The notes: generated by a model from the sequence alone, not told the origin. Positions 45,398 through 55,778 are shown, counted from the stretch's first letter. The stretch: 64,000 bases of DNA from Pseudomonadales bacterium (GCA_965200175.1 OZ241345.1:2575684-2639683); one strand, 5' to 3'. Numbers and translations: made by a program.

Positions 45398-45694
45398 TCA
45401 GTGCCAATAGCGTCTGACGTTACGCCGCGACACAGTTCGGTCGGCCTTCCACTGCTGGACAACTGAAGTGGGAACCTCTTTCCAAGCCACCGGATAGCCG
45501 TGCCAAAGGTCACCCTCGGATCGCTGCGCGCAATACGCCCGCCCATCGTGGGTCGCGTATCGCTTGTTGTCGTGCAAAGCGCTCCCCCGCAGGAGTTCGT
45601 CGGCGAATGGCCGCACCTCCGGCGGGCAAAGACTGCCTCGCCGACCACGTTGCCACGGCTCGGAGTGCTTGGGGTTGCTCCTGTACTCCATCAT
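45398..45694 (-). CDS. Small basic protein with a WHGYP motif, unknown family
   Basis: 98 aa: MMEYRSNPKHSEPWQRGRRGSLCP...GRAYCAQRSEGDLWHGYPVAWKEVP... Confidence 0.5.
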   Translation of the reverse strand: MMEYRSNPKHSEPWQRGRRGSLCPPEVRPFADELLRGSALHDNKRYATHDGRAYCAQRSEGDLWHGYPVAWKEVPTSVVQQWKADRTVSRRNVRRYWH

Positions 45695-46128
45695 TGCACC
45701 GTCAAGGTGAGCGGGAATAGTCAGTAATGCTCTCACGACAGTCAAGAGACTGCGCACCCGCTTTGCGGGAGCGGTTGACGAGCTGATCGAATCACCGTCA
45801 AAGCCGTCGCCAACGATAGGACTTACCGCCTACCGCCGAAGTCTCTGCACCGATTGCGGGCCACGCCATGGGGAGCGCTGCGAGCCGGTTGCTATGCCGG
45901 GGTCGCCACCAAGAAGCCCATCGGAGGCGGTGTGCGGCGATACTGGAATACCTGCTAGCCACGCGGCGGATGCTACGCTGTGGTTCAACTTCATTCGCTA
46001 ACACTGCCTGAGCCTGCACGGCTTAGCCTCAACGCCAAGGTGAGGTGGAGTAGATGGTCTCCAAGCCGAGGTGTCCGCCCTCAAAGCCACACAGATGAGA
46101 TAATGACCCTTGGCGATTGCGCAACTGT

Positions 46129-46200
46129 TTCATATTCTTCGATCACGCCATCGGCCTGCCGTTCCTGCGGCGGGCCGATCGGGAGTTGGGGTTGGCTTGA
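46129..46200 (+). repeat. Direct repeat, right copy (orphan diverged copy of the flippase-like gene 3' end)
   Basis: TTCATATTCTTCGATCACGCCATCGGCCTGCCGTTCCTGCGGCGGGCCGATCGGGAGTTGGGGTTGGCTTGA. Confidence 0.85.
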
Positions 46201-46209
46201 GGTCGGGAC

Positions 46210-47910
46210 ATGAAGAGCACCGCCTACTACGACCAGAACGCTGATGCGCTAGTTGATCAGTATGGCGCGCTGAATGCCGATGCCGTGCATCAGGCTTGGG
46301 CTCGCAAACATCTTCCGAAGGAACCGGGCTTCGCCTGTGACATTGGTGCAGGGACCGGGCGCGACGCCAACTGGTTGGCGCAGCAGGGTTGGGAAGTGGT
46401 CGCCGTCGAACCCAGCGCGATGCGCGACAAAGCTGCCTCAACGACCCACCCAAGGGTGACTTGGCTTAATGACGCCTTGCCCGGCTTGACTGCCCTCCGG
46501 GCGCTCGGTCGAAGATTCGACCTGATTCTGCTAAGCGCAGTTTGGATGCATGTCGCGCCCAAGGAGCGGGAAAGAGCGTTCCGCATCCTGTCCGAACTGC
46601 TCAATCCATCGGGTCTGTTGGTGATCACCCTGCGCAAGGGCGGGGACGAACGTGAAAGCGAGGATCGCGGCTTTCATCCCACTTCCGCTGACGAATTGAC
46701 TGGCTACGCGAATCGGCGGGCCGTCGCGTACAAGGGCCGTAGCGAAGCTGACGATCTTGTGCGCGGCCATGTGCGTTGGCAAACGCTGGTGTTTGAAATG
46801 CCGGATGACGGCACCGGCAGCCTGCCCTTGCTGCGCCACGTCATCGTCAACGACAACAAGTCGTCCACCTACAAACTGGGCTTGTTGCGGGTGCTGGTGC
46901 GAATAGCGGAAAGCGCTCCGGGCATCGTCGTTGCGCGCACCGATGACTATGTGGACATTCCCTTCGGCGTGGTCGGCCTGTACTGGATCAATCAGTACCG
47001 GCGCTTGGTGGCTCGGAACGTTCCCCAACTGCCAGGCCACAGGACGGGCTATGGTTGGGCCAAGGGCGCGTTTTATCAGCTAATGAAGGAAATCTCCCCT
47101 TCGGACCTGCGGCTCGGCACACGCTTCAACGCCGATCGGGGGGAAGTGGTAACCCGCGCCATTGCCGACGCATGCCACAACATCAAGGCAATGCCGGCCA
47201 AGCACATCACTTACCCCGGATCGCCCGACCAACCGGTCTTCGAGTGCGACTTGAAACCGGTTCGCGGACCAAGGAAGCACGTTGTCCTGTCGAAGGAGTT
47301 TCTGACCCAGTTCGGCCGGTTTCGGATACGGGGCCCGCTTTGGCAGACGCTCGGGCAATACGCCTGCTGGCTGGATCCGGTAATCGTTAGGGAATGGTCT
47401 CAGATGATGACGGGTTGGGGTGTATCGGACGTGGGAAACCAGGAACGCTTGGCCCTGGACTGGCAGGAAGGCACCCGCGACACCAAGGTGGCTATCGAAC
47501 GCGCAGAGGCATTGCGGCATGAAGGATTCGACCTAACCTGCGTTTGGTCAGCCTCCCGGATCAGGTCGTCCTTCCAAATCGATCACTGCTTTCCTTGGGC
47601 AAGGTGGTGCAACAATGACTTGTGGAATCTGCTCCCGACCAAGGTGGACATCAACCGCCGAAAGCTCGACAAGCTGCCTTCCTCGTTAGCCATGTCCGAC
47701 GCTCGCACGCGCATCATCGATTGGTGGAGCGAGGCTTGGGAACGCTCGGCGCAGTCCGAGCGGTTCTTCATGGAGGCGGGATACTCCCTGCCCGGTCTTT
47801 CCAGCGACCGTCCATCATTGGATGAAATCTACCAAGCGACATTGCACCAACGGGCACGGCTCAAGCAGGATCAACAGCTTGTGGAGTGGTCCCTATCGGG
47901 ACTTGGATAG
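46210..47910 (+). CDS. Fusion protein: class I SAM-dependent methyltransferase, winged-helix-like middle region, C-terminal HNH endonuclease
   Basis: Motif I CDIGAGTGRDANWLAQQGWEVVAVEP with post-I/II blocks (DLILLSAVWMH, LLNPSGLLVI). Middle STYKLGLLRVLVRIAE. C-terminal QIDHCFPWARWCNNDLWNLLPTKVDINRRKLDKLP (HNH/HNN). Confidence 0.7.
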   Translation: MKSTAYYDQNADALVDQYGALNADAVHQAWARKHLPKEPGFACDIGAGTGRDANWLAQQGWEVVAVEPSAMRDKAASTTHPRVTWLNDALPGLTALRALGRRFDLILLSAVWMHVAPKERERAFRILSELLNPSGLLVITLRKGGDERESEDRGFHPTSADELTGYANRRAVAYKGRSEADDLVRGHVRWQTLVFEMPDDGTGSLPLLRHVIVNDNKSSTYKLGLLRVLVRIAESAPGIVVARTDDYVDIPFGVVGLYWINQYRRLVARNVPQLPGHRTGYGWAKGAFYQLMKEISPSDLRLGTRFNADRGEVVTRAIADACHNIKAMPAKHITYPGSPDQPVFECDLKPVRGPRKHVVLSKEFLTQFGRFRIRGPLWQTLGQYACWLDPVIVREWSQMMTGWGVSDVGNQERLALDWQEGTRDTKVAIERAEALRHEGFDLTCVWSASRIRSSFQIDHCFPWARWCNNDLWNLLPTKVDINRRKLDKLPSSLAMSDARTRIIDWWSEAWERSAQSERFFMEAGYSLPGLSSDRPSLDEIYQATLHQRARLKQDQQLVEWSLSGLG

Positions 47911-47942
47911 CCGCTTGCCCGCGCAACCTTGGCTCACTCCCC

Positions 47943-48707
47943 CTACCAACCCCGATGCCCCACCGGCGGCGGATCCTCCGGAGGTCCCGCGAAGCACTGG
48001 GCAATGGCCATCCAGGACCTGGCGGCGTCGCCGACGACGGTGAGGCTGGTCTCGGCGATGTTGCGCCCTTGGGTGACCACATGGGCGAACTCGACGGCGG
48101 AGCCGCGCACGCAATCGGCGTCGGAGGGCTCGTTCCACTCCCACACCGCGCCAGAGGGTGATTCGAGCCGCACGTAGGGTGCCGGCGACGGGGCCTCGAG
48201 GCCGCGGTTAACGAACGTCCAGCCGAAGGTGCGCACGCCGATGTGGCACACGTTGCGGATGCGGTCGCTGTTGCGGCGCTGCGCGCGCAGCAGGTCGTAG
48301 ATATCCTGGCCGTGCGCCCAGGTCTCCATTTGCCGTGCGGTGGCCATCATGGCGATGCCCATGTCCGGCCCGAACCAAGGGGCGCGCAGCGCTGGGTCCG
48401 CTGCATCAAGGGCGTCGCAGAGTTGGGTAAAGTATGAACGCCAGCGATCCAGCAGCGGTCGGCCTTCCAGCGGCTCGGGGTTGGCCGGAATCCCGGCACC
48501 CAGGCCGTCCCGCCATTCCCGGAAGCCGTCCGGATCGATCACCGAGTGCACCGCCCAGCGGTCAGCGTCGTGCAGGTGCTGCACCACCCAGTTGACCGTG
48601 CGGCCCTTGAAGGGCGTCTTAAGCGACCACTGATCGTCGCTTAAGGTGTCTAGGAACGAGAAAAGCTCCGCGCCTTCCTCGCGCAGGTCGTTAACTTGTT
48701 GGTTCAT
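47943..48707 (-). CDS. DinB/maleylpyruvate-isomerase-N-terminal-like metal-binding protein (TIGR03084-like)
   Basis: 254 aa with an N-terminal four-helix DinB-like pattern (EGAELFSFLDTLSDDQWSLKTPFKGRTVNWVVQHLH). Confidence 0.55.
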   Translation of the reverse strand: MNQQVNDLREEGAELFSFLDTLSDDQWSLKTPFKGRTVNWVVQHLHDADRWAVHSVIDPDGFREWRDGLGAGIPANPEPLEGRPLLDRWRSYFTQLCDALDAADPALRAPWFGPDMGIAMMATARQMETWAHGQDIYDLLRAQRRNSDRIRNVCHIGVRTFGWTFVNRGLEAPSPAPYVRLESPSGAVWEWNEPSDADCVRGSAVEFAHVVTQGRNIAETSLTVVGDAARSWMAIAQCFAGPPEDPPPVGHRGW

Positions 48708-48926
48708 GCTCGTCGTTTTCCTAGGAAGGGTGTTGGGCGCCTACCTGCCCGATGCCGAGCCAAACGCGCCTCCTTCTCGGCCAGCGCTGGGGCGGACGTT
48801 GCGGGGTGGCTCATGGGTGCGTTCTCCCAGCCTTGCGGGCGAGCCGACACCGTAGCATGGCCTGGCACGGGCCGCACATTCCTAAACAATGAGCTGCGGG
48901 CCGAAGGGCCAGCAACGGGCATCGGA

Positions 48927-49613
48927 TCAAAACGGCACCTCCACCGCCGCGCACAGAAAGGCCATCAGCGGCCGGGCCTTGGCGAAGGCATCGGCCGCCT
49001 CATCGACGAAGCCCGCCGACGCCGCGTTGGCGACCGGGAAGTTGCAGGCGGCGATGAAGTCCTTGCGCTTGATGTCCTCAATGTGGGGCACATCCTCCGA
49101 ATAGCCCCTTGGCGGGCGTTTGAGGCGGGTGCCGCCGAACTCGAAGGCGCCGTTGAAGGTCCGCGACGCCTTGACCCGCCGCCAAGCGTCCGGGTGGTCG
49201 AAGATGCGCTCGCGGATGCGCTTCAGCGCGCCCGGTTCCGGGCGCCACATGCCGGCGGCGAGGAAGCAGCCGGCGGTTTCGATGTGCAGGTAGTAGCCCG
49301 GCGCATGGACGTCCTTGCCCAGCTCGTGGCGGAACTGAATGCCGATGTTGGTCTTGTAGGGCGCGCCGCGATGGAAGCGGGTGTCGCGGTAAACGCGCAT
49401 CAGGGAGCCACCCTGCCGCTTGGGGATGGCCGTGAAGTGCGGCGACACCGCCTCCAGGCGAGACCCCATCGCGGCGATGAAGTCCAACGCCGGCTCCAGC
49501 ACGCACGCCTCGTAGCGGTGCTTGTTCTCCTTGAACCAATCGCGGTTGTTGTTCGCCTCCAGTTCGGCGAGAAAGCCGATGGCGTCGTCCCCAAAGCCGG
49601 TGAAGTCAGGCAT
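48927..49613 (-). CDS. DUF2461 (TIGR02453) family protein
   Basis: FLAELEANNNRDWFKENKHRY...SLMRVYRDTRF matches the family signature as I recall it. Confidence 0.7.
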   Translation of the reverse strand: MPDFTGFGDDAIGFLAELEANNNRDWFKENKHRYEACVLEPALDFIAAMGSRLEAVSPHFTAIPKRQGGSLMRVYRDTRFHRGAPYKTNIGIQFRHELGKDVHAPGYYLHIETAGCFLAAGMWRPEPGALKRIRERIFDHPDAWRRVKASRTFNGAFEFGGTRLKRPPRGYSEDVPHIEDIKRKDFIAACNFPVANAASAGFVDEAADAFAKARPLMAFLCAAVEVPF

Positions 49614-49637
49614 CCCAAGCCCCTCGCCGCAGGCTGC

Positions 49638-50153
49638 TCACGTCAGGGCCTGCACAAGTTGATCAATAACGGCCTCCGCCTTGGCGCGCATCTCCGCATC
49701 GGTGGCGTCCTGGATGGGATGCGCCACGAACACGCAGCGGGCGTCCTTCATGCCCAGCGCCGCTGCTTGGGTGGCGGCGGCATCGACAAACTCCGTCGAG
49801 GCGATGGAAACCGACGGCTTGCCCTGAATCTCGAACCATACCGTGTCATGCAAACTGCACGTGGTACAGGAGCCTCAGTCGGCCAGCGCCTCGACCACGA
49901 AGTCGTTGTCGCGGGCGATTTGGGCGCGCAGGTCGGCGGGCGCCGGCTTGGCGAAGGTCGGCTTCGCGTAGCGGTTGACGCGAATGCCGGGCACCTCGGC
50001 CTTGAGCAGCGCCTCCAGCCGGTCGAGCAGCACGTTGCCCTTGGGCTTGGAGATGTCGAGAAAGGCGACGTTGCCGGCAATTCGGCCGCTGCGCGGGGTC
50101 ACCCGCCGCTCCACTGGCACCCGTTCGTCGGTGGGATCAAGAATGGTGGTCAT
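49638..50153 (-). CDS. UGSC-family selenoprotein candidate; in-frame TGA (Sec) at 49875-49877
   Basis: ORFs 49875..50153 and 49638..49853 share one frame. The read-through gives ...VVEALAD-U-GSCTTCSLHDTVWFEIQGKP..., about 171 aa. A hairpin starts 9 nt after the UGA. Confidence 0.6.
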
Positions 50154-50201
50154 GGCTCCTGCCTCCTGTTGTTGGCCTTGCGTTCATTCGTTTCAAGCCG
50201 T

Positions 50202-51782
50202 TCAGGCTTCCTCAATGATCTTCGAGACCGGCATCGAACCGGTCTCGCCAGTCACCCAGCCGTGGAAGGCGCCGGAGAACTTGCCGGCCTCCGCACCCGC
50301 CACGACGATGTGAATGTCCTCATCGCGGCGGAACTTGGGCAGCTTGCGGCCCCGCGCCTGCTCATCCATCGCTTCGACCACGGCGGGCTTGAAGCCCACT
50401 GCGGAGACCTCATCCGCGGCCAGCTCCTCAACGGACCGCGCCGTCACTGCCTGGATGCGGGCGCGAATCTCGGCCTTGCCGTAGCCGTCGCGGGCGAAGG
50501 TGTCCACATGCTCCGGGGCGACGACCAGCAGCGCTTCCGTGGCAAAGTGGGCTCGCGGGTGGAAAATGCTGTCTAGGCACAGCCCGAAGCTGCCCGCCAG
50601 GTGGTCACCGGTGCGGGCATCCTGATCGACGATCAGGGTGGGGCCGCTGCTCATGGCGAAGGCTGTCACCACGGAGTCCCCGGCGGCGAACCCCCGCTCC
50701 ACGTGCAGCGGCGTCCAGGGATTGCGCTCCTCCCATTCCGGGAAGCACATCGTGAACTTCATCGGATTGCCCAAGGTGGAGCGCTCCGTGCCGCCGGGCC
50801 GCGCGCCGCCGATGTTGCGGATGGCCAGGCGCAGCGCCCGGCCGATGGTGGCGTTGGCGCGGCTCCCTTGGCCGAGCGCCCCGAGCTTCATGTTCAGCCC
50901 TAAGCGCTCGCGCACCGGGCCGTTGACGACGATCACCGGGCTGGCCCCCATGGTGGTGGCCATGACGCCGTGAATGTTGAATTCGTCCGTGCAGACCGCC
51001 TCCAGGCAGGCGATGACCACCGGCAAGTGTTCCGGCCGGCAACCGGCCATGACCGCATTGATGGCGAGCTTCTCCACCGTCGCCTCACCCATGTTGGGCG
51101 GCACCGTGGCCACCGCCTCCTGGGCGTCGCGCCCGGTGCCTGCGAGCATGCGCAGCACCCGCTCGGGGGTGGGCGGCACCAAGGGCAGGCCGTCGCTGAA
51201 GCCGAGATCGAACATCAGTTCAACCTCGTCGTCGCCCGCCCCCACCTCAATGCGGCGGGCGCGCAGGGGACTGTTCTCGGACTCCGCCCGCAGCCGGTCG
51301 GCAATCAGCGGGTCGGCGGAGCGGGAGCCGCAGCCGGGCCGCCACTCGGGATAGGTCCCCCAATCCAAGCCCAAGGGGGTAAGTTTCAGGGCTTCCGCGA
51401 AGGCCTCGGCCCCTTCCTGCCATTCATCGCGGGCGAAACCCACCAGCTTGGCGGTTGACTGCCCCTTCGCATCCACCAGGTGCAGGGTCGGCACGATCTC
51501 CACGTCGTAGGCGAAGGAGACCTTGAGGGATTCATCATCGAGCAGCGGCACAGTCAGGCCATGCCGCTGCGTGAGGACGCGATTGCCTTCCGCGGTCTGG
51601 CCGACGACGAAGAAATCCACAGCAGCGCCCAGCTCTCGGTACAGCGCCTCGACGAGCGGCATGACGTCGTTGCAGGTGGGGCAGTCCTCCTTGACGAAGC
51701 AAATCAACGCCGACCGTGCGCCCGGAAAGCTGTGCTCCCCGCCCCCTTCGTCCTCCAACAGAAATGCGGGCAACGCAGACAT
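50202..51782 (-). CDS. Thioredoxin-fold (CPTC) domain fused to a large uncharacterised C-terminal domain
   Basis: N-terminus ALICFVKEDCPTCNDVMPLVEAL is redoxin-like. I do not recognise the following roughly 380 aa. Confidence 0.6.
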   Translation of the reverse strand: MSALPAFLLEDEGGGEHSFPGARSALICFVKEDCPTCNDVMPLVEALYRELGAAVDFFVVGQTAEGNRVLTQRHGLTVPLLDDESLKVSFAYDVEIVPTLHLVDAKGQSTAKLVGFARDEWQEGAEAFAEALKLTPLGLDWGTYPEWRPGCGSRSADPLIADRLRAESENSPLRARRIEVGAGDDEVELMFDLGFSDGLPLVPPTPERVLRMLAGTGRDAQEAVATVPPNMGEATVEKLAINAVMAGCRPEHLPVVIACLEAVCTDEFNIHGVMATTMGASPVIVVNGPVRERLGLNMKLGALGQGSRANATIGRALRLAIRNIGGARPGGTERSTLGNPMKFTMCFPEWEERNPWTPLHVERGFAAGDSVVTAFAMSSGPTLIVDQDARTGDHLAGSFGLCLDSIFHPRAHFATEALLVVAPEHVDTFARDGYGKAEIRARIQAVTARSVEELAADEVSAVGFKPAVVEAMDEQARGRKLPKFRRDEDIHIVVAGAEAGKFSGAFHGWVTGETGSMPVSKIIEEA

Positions 51783-51828
51783 GATTTGACGTTACTGCAA
51801 AACCTTGGGGAAAAAAAGCCGCTTGTCG

Positions 51829-51882
51829 GTTCGGTCAGGTTCCGAAATATTTTTTTAGCCTGCACAGCCGAAAGCTGTGTCA
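51829..51882. repeat. Partial family A element plus hairpin
   Basis: GGTCAGGTTCCGAAATATTTTTTTAGCC followed by CACAGC-CGAA-AGCTGTG. Confidence 0.5.
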
Positions 51883-52105
51883 AGCAGCGAATGTCCCACA
51901 AGCCGACGGGCGGATTTCGCTAACGATCAGGCTGACTTCCGTGAATGCTATGCGGCACATGCCAACTGGAGGCCCGTTGTGGTACGTTCTGAACATGCGA
52001 TTGAGAAGCTCAAGCCCTGCCGCGGCACGTCGGCGGCGCGTTCCGCAGACGTCACCCGCCGCGCCGCGCCCGCCGCTGTCGGTCATCCACGCCAAGGCGC
52101 TGCAC

Positions 52106-52768
52106 ATGCCGGTGCCCCCGGTCGGCTATGACGACGACGGCTACCCCTACGAGGACTCGTCCGTGACCGAGGGCATGTTCCAGTCCGAGACCCAAGTGTA
52201 TCTCTTCAACGTGATGCGAGCCCGCTACGGCGACCAGGAGGATGCCTTGGTTTGCAACGACCAAGCCCTGTTCTTTGAACCAGGCACCCGACACGCGCTG
52301 GTGGTGCCGGACTCAGCGGTGGCTTTCGAGGTGCGCGGCAGAGACGACGGCAACCTCCTGTCCTACAAGGTCTGGGAACAGGGCAAGCCGCCGGACTTCG
52401 TGCTGGAGATCCTGTCGAGGAAGACTTGGCGCAACGACGTCCACCGCAAGCCGGCGCTCTATGCGGACCTGAACGTAAGGGAGTACTGGCTGTTCGATCC
52501 AGATGGCGTCAGCGGCGGACCGGTGCTTCGGGGTGGCCAACTGGACGCACAGGGAGCCTACCAGCCGTTGCCGCCGCTGCCCGACGGCAGCATCCGCAGC
52601 CCGCTGCTGGGCTTGGACTTTCTGCACGAGGGCCCGATGCTGCACTGCCGAGATCCGGAGACCGGCGAGATCATTCCCCGCTACGAGGAGGTCGCGCGGA
52701 TGCGCCAAGCGGCAGAGGCACGGGTGGCGGAGCTGGAGGCTTTGCTGCAGCAATCCGGAAGTTGCTAA
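52106..52768 (+). CDS. Uma2 family (DUF820) putative endonuclease
   Basis: ATG at 52106. Motifs ALVVPDSAVAF, PDFVLEILS and REYWLFDP are typical of Uma2 PD-(D/E)XK proteins. Confidence 0.75.
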   Translation: MPVPPVGYDDDGYPYEDSSVTEGMFQSETQVYLFNVMRARYGDQEDALVCNDQALFFEPGTRHALVVPDSAVAFEVRGRDDGNLLSYKVWEQGKPPDFVLEILSRKTWRNDVHRKPALYADLNVREYWLFDPDGVSGGPVLRGGQLDAQGAYQPLPPLPDGSIRSPLLGLDFLHEGPMLHCRDPETGEIIPRYEEVARMRQAAEARVAELEALLQQSGSC

Positions 52769-52866
52769 CCGCCACCCAAAAGGGGGCGGTGCGCCAGCCC
52801 CTCAGCGAGGCGCTCTCACTCCTTCGACTGCGCCTAGCCGCCCCGTCCCCGCTAAGGCGGGGGAGG

Positions 52867-53436
52867 CTACCCCAAGGGGCGCAGCGGCTCGCTGCCTTTC
52901 CAACCCTGGGCCGCCGCCTCGACCATCGAGTAAAAGCGGCGCAGGCCGGGCTCGTCCTCGTAGATCTCAAAGTAGTGGCCGAGGCTGGGGTTGGCGTCGG
53001 CGAAGGCAAACTTCACCCGGCCCGCCCGCGCCCTCATGCGGGTGGGAAAGCCCCGGGCTTCGAGGCGGGCGAGTTCGGCGTCCAGCTTGGGCGTGAAGTA
53101 AGCGGCGTGGTGCAGGCCCCAAGGGCGGTCGGAGAACACCGATGGATCGTCCCCGTTTTGCTGCACCAACTCGACCATGATGTGCCCCCACCAGCCATAG
53201 GCGGAACTGTGGTCGAGAGCCGCAGGCGCGCCATCCAGCCGCACAGCATCAAGGGGAATGTGCTCCGCGACAAAGAACGGCCCCGCACCCAGGTGCTCTG
53301 CCCAACGCAGCGCGGCCTGCTTGATGTCCGGCACGAAGTAGGCAAGCTGCACGATCTCCGGCCCGTCCGCTGGCTGCACGGCGACTGCCCTAACTCGGAA
53401 ACGAAGTGCCGCCAAGGAACCCCTTGGCGGCGTCAT
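52867..53436 (-). CDS. VOC (glyoxalase/bleomycin-resistance/dioxygenase) family protein
   Basis: IVQLAYFVPDIKQAALRWAEHLGAGPFF resembles a VOC N-terminal module. Start uncertain (ATG at 53436 or 53448). Confidence 0.6.
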   Translation of the reverse strand: MTPPRGSLAALRFRVRAVAVQPADGPEIVQLAYFVPDIKQAALRWAEHLGAGPFFVAEHIPLDAVRLDGAPAALDHSSAYGWWGHIMVELVQQNGDDPSVFSDRPWGLHHAAYFTPKLDAELARLEARGFPTRMRARAGRVKFAFADANPSLGHYFEIYEDEPGLRRFYSMVEAAAQGWKGSEPLRPLG

Positions 53437-53599
53437 AATGAGGCGCATGTGGCGGACATGGCGGGAACCCCCCGGGCGGTGGGTCTGACAAACCCACAAA
53501 ACGCCGTTCGGATCAGGATTTCCGTTGGAGGGAGATAAAGCCCTCCCGCCTCACTGCGCGTATCATAGGCGAATCCGGCAATTCAAGGAAACGCATTTG

Positions 53600-55738
<2,139 letters not shown>

Positions 55739-55778
55739 CCCAGCCAACCCAAACCCAATCGATCAAAAGGAGCCCATC

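Larger units (their letters stand above)
43350..46128. mobile_element. About 2.8-kb AT-richer cassette bounded by the two diverged copies of a gene 3' end; no integrase present (decayed island or recombination scar)
   Basis: Flanking imperfect direct repeats at 43278-43349 and 46129-46200. Lower GC than the neighbouring sequence. Contains an orphan antitoxin-like gene and an ImmA-type cassette. Confidence 0.45.

Noticed and set aside
45695-46128. About 430 bp with no credible ORF at the right end of the cassette; examined for an integrase remnant, a retron ncRNA or an sRNA
   Set aside because: No frame gives recognisable recombinase or RT motifs, and no extended stem-loops were seen by eye. 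Left unassigned.
48696-50576. 626-aa plus-strand ORF. Similar long ORFs occur at 59126-61030, 60921-62465, 9520-10878, 19696-20958, 16452-17699, 27731-29014 and 53921-54928.
   Set aside because: These are shadow ORFs antisense to well-supported genes (DUF2461/selenoprotein/Trx fusion, pccB, gltD, pilY1, aceA, mnmA, NMO/GST, the mutase). Their Arg/Gly/Ala/Pro-rich composition is typical of non-coding frames in high-GC DNA.
52768-52790. Rho-independent terminator between the convergent Uma2 and VOC genes (ACCGCCACCC-AAAA-GGGGGCGGT hairpin)
   Set aside because: The hairpin is strong, but no U-tract follows on either strand. I cannot support an intrinsic terminator call.
53500-53599. Cobalamin riboswitch upstream of the methylmalonyl-CoA mutase gene
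   Set aside because: Only a simple GGAGGG-N8-CCCTCC hairpin is present. No B12-box-like core was seen and the leader is too short.
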